A stretch of 64,000 bases of DNA from Octopus sinensis (taxonomy: Eukaryota): positions 12,090,001 through 12,154,000 of the forward strand of contig NC_043020.1 in NCBI RefSeq assembly GCF_006345805.1, in the 5' to 3' direction. Within the stretch, counting starts at the first letter, position 1. Each line of letters begins with the position of its first letter. Shown here piece by piece: positions 38,051 through 64,000 of the stretch. Under the pieces are notes generated by a model that did not search any database, was not told the origin of the DNA, and worked only from the letters and a program-made list of their open reading frames with translations. The position numbers were made by a program, and so were the translations under genes.

Positions 38051-38666
38051 ATGGCTAATCCAGATCTTCTTTACATTACCCACCAAAACAGTAGGATTGG
38101 AAAAGCTTAAAACTGTAAACTTACATAGTTGATGGATTGTTAAATACAGTGGTTTCTTAACTTGTAGCACTAAGTTCAACTCTCTCTGGGTATAGCATAG
38201 AGAGTGATGGTCACTCTTCATCAATTCTGTATGGCTATTTCATTTGTCTTTCTGTGTATTCTGATTCACATATAGAGCTAAGCTATATAAAGGTGTGGTT
38301 TGTTTTTTCACTTCCTTTAAGCCTGCATAACTCATCAGATTACTTTAGTATAGCATGATAATAATAATTTCTCACATTGGCACCAGACCAGCAGTTTGTA
38401 TTGGAGAGATATAACTGAATTCACCCTGATACATGATGAGTTTTTATTTCCATTTGAAGTGCAGGCTTAGTTCTGTGGCTAAGAAGCTTGTTTTCCAACC
38501 ATGTAATCTTGTATTCAGTCCCTCTACTTGACACCTTGGGCAAATATCTTCTACTGCTATCACTCTGGGTTATCCAAAGTCTTGTGAATGGATTTGGTTG
38601 AGGGAAACCAAAAGAAACCCATCACATGTATGTTTGGGTATATATGTATATATATGCTGATGCTGA

Positions 38667-38997
38667 GACCCCCTTCAGTCATGACTGACCATGGGATTGC
38701 ACCTAGAAAGTTACCCCCCCAGGCACAAGTCCGGGCAAGGTTGTTTACGGAAGACTGGCAGTCGCCCATGCATACCAGCCTCCCATCTCCATGCCACCAG
38801 TGTTATCCAAGAGAAAGGCAAAGGGGCCGATACAGCTTGGCACTTGTGACGTCGTAACTCATTTCTACAGCTGAGTGAACTGGAGCAACGTGAAATAAAG
38901 TGTCTTGCTCAAGAACACAACACGCAGCCCAGTCCGGGATTCGAACTCACAACTTCACGATCGTAAGCTCAATGCTCTAACCACTGAGCCATGCGAT
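38667..38997 (-). mobile_element. SINE family E
   Basis: Reverse complement of 34713-35000. Confidence 0.85.
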
Positions 38998-39007
38998 ATA
39001 GATATAT

Positions 39008-39155
39008 TCTCGGAGTGGTTGGCGTTAGGAAGGGTATCCAGCTGTAGAAACAACGCCAGATCAGATTGGAGTCTGGTGTAGTCATCTGGTTTGCCGGACC
39101 TCAGTCAAATCGTTCAACCCATGCATGGAAAGCGGACGTTAAACGATGATGATGA

Positions 39156-39158
<3 letters not shown>
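39008..39158 (+). mobile_element. SINE family D, 3' fragment
   Basis: Ends cggacgttaaacgatgatgat. Confidence 0.85.
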
Positions 39159-39186
<28 letters not shown>

Positions 39187-39291
39187 CTCACATGTATGTG
39201 TGTGTATCCGGCCTTCGCTATGATAGCTCGCACAACACAGGTCCTTGGTTTCAATGGCTTCTGTGCATGACTGTGGCTTTGAACTAGTTAA

Positions 39292-39619
39292 TCATGCTCC
39301 ATATTCTCCTGATTTGGCTCTTTCTGGCTCTTATCTGTTCCCAACATAATATAAAAAACACTTGGCTGGGAACCAGTATTGCAGTGATGATAATGTCACG
39401 TCTGCTGTTGATGACTTTTTTGACAAACAGGATCAAAGCTTCTTCACCTATGGGATCCGAGCACTGCAACACTGATGGAAGATGTGGGCTGCAAGGGGAC
39501 TATGTTGAAAAAGAAACCTCGTGGGCTGCAAGGGGACTATGTTGAAAAAGAAACCTCATTTAGTCACATTCCATGAGAGTATCTTGGTCAGTCTATGAAC
39601 TTTCCAGCCACACCTTGTA
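39292..39619 (+). mobile_element. mariner transposase 3' remnant with TIR
   Basis: HAPYSPDLALS..LFP...KKHLAGNQYCSDDNVTSAVDDF...GDYVEK*, then cttggtcagtctatgaacttttccagc..TA; internal duplication of about 37 bp. Confidence 0.85.
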
Positions 39620-39686
39620 GTATTGACACTGTGTAGGAATAACTCTTTATAACTTTTTTTTTATCTAGATTTAAAAGCTGTTTATC

Positions 39687-63884
<24,198 letters not shown>

Positions 63885-64000
63885 GTAAGTTAACAAATGT
63901 TCCTTATATAGGGTTGTTTATTGCTGAGAGTCTGTCCGGTTCTGCTAATTTTTTAAAATGTTCATGCAATGGATGGTATTTGATGGAACAATTATTTAAC

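Noticed and set aside
37499-38224. Long His/Thr/Tyr/Ile- or Val/Cys-rich ORFs (also at 4078-4800, 12142-12793, 40166-40538, 62042-62351)
   Set aside because: Translations of TG/TA/CA microsatellites; no coding signal.
39294-39545. Hydrophobic ORF resembling a signal peptide
   Set aside because: Alternative frame of a decayed mariner transposase.

Overview
AT-rich, repeat-dense eukaryotic DNA. The SINE, MITE and microsatellite content resembles a cephalopod (Octopus-like) genome; this is an inference, not a database result. The one clearly recognisable gene is the 5' part of UPF2 (nonsense-mediated decay factor) on the + strand. Ten coding exons from 39687 to 63884 join in frame into 439 codons through the first MIF4G domain, and the gene continues past the window. 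A probable promoter and non-coding first exon lie at about 25.5-25.93 kb. The rest is transposon-derived: five short-retroposon families (labelled A-E here), TTAA piggyBac-type MITEs, other MITEs, Helitron-type elements, decayed CR1/Jockey/RTE/Tx1-like LINEs, Tc1/mariner remnants, Penelope-type terminal repeats and microsatellites. Main leads: (1) an 18-nt UPF2 microexon whose skipping keeps the frame but creates a TGA at the new junction, a candidate NMD feedback switch; (2) two spliced uORFs overlapping the UPF2 start; (3) ready-made frameshifting cryptic exons in antisense SINEs; (4) hammerhead-like motifs in Penelope repeats, including a shared core variant; (5) unusually long target-site duplications (58 and >100 bp); (6) an unexplained GC-rich ORF at 16.5-16.8 kb. 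Most ORFs in the supplied track are repeat artefacts. Repeat boundaries were read by eye and may be off by some bases.
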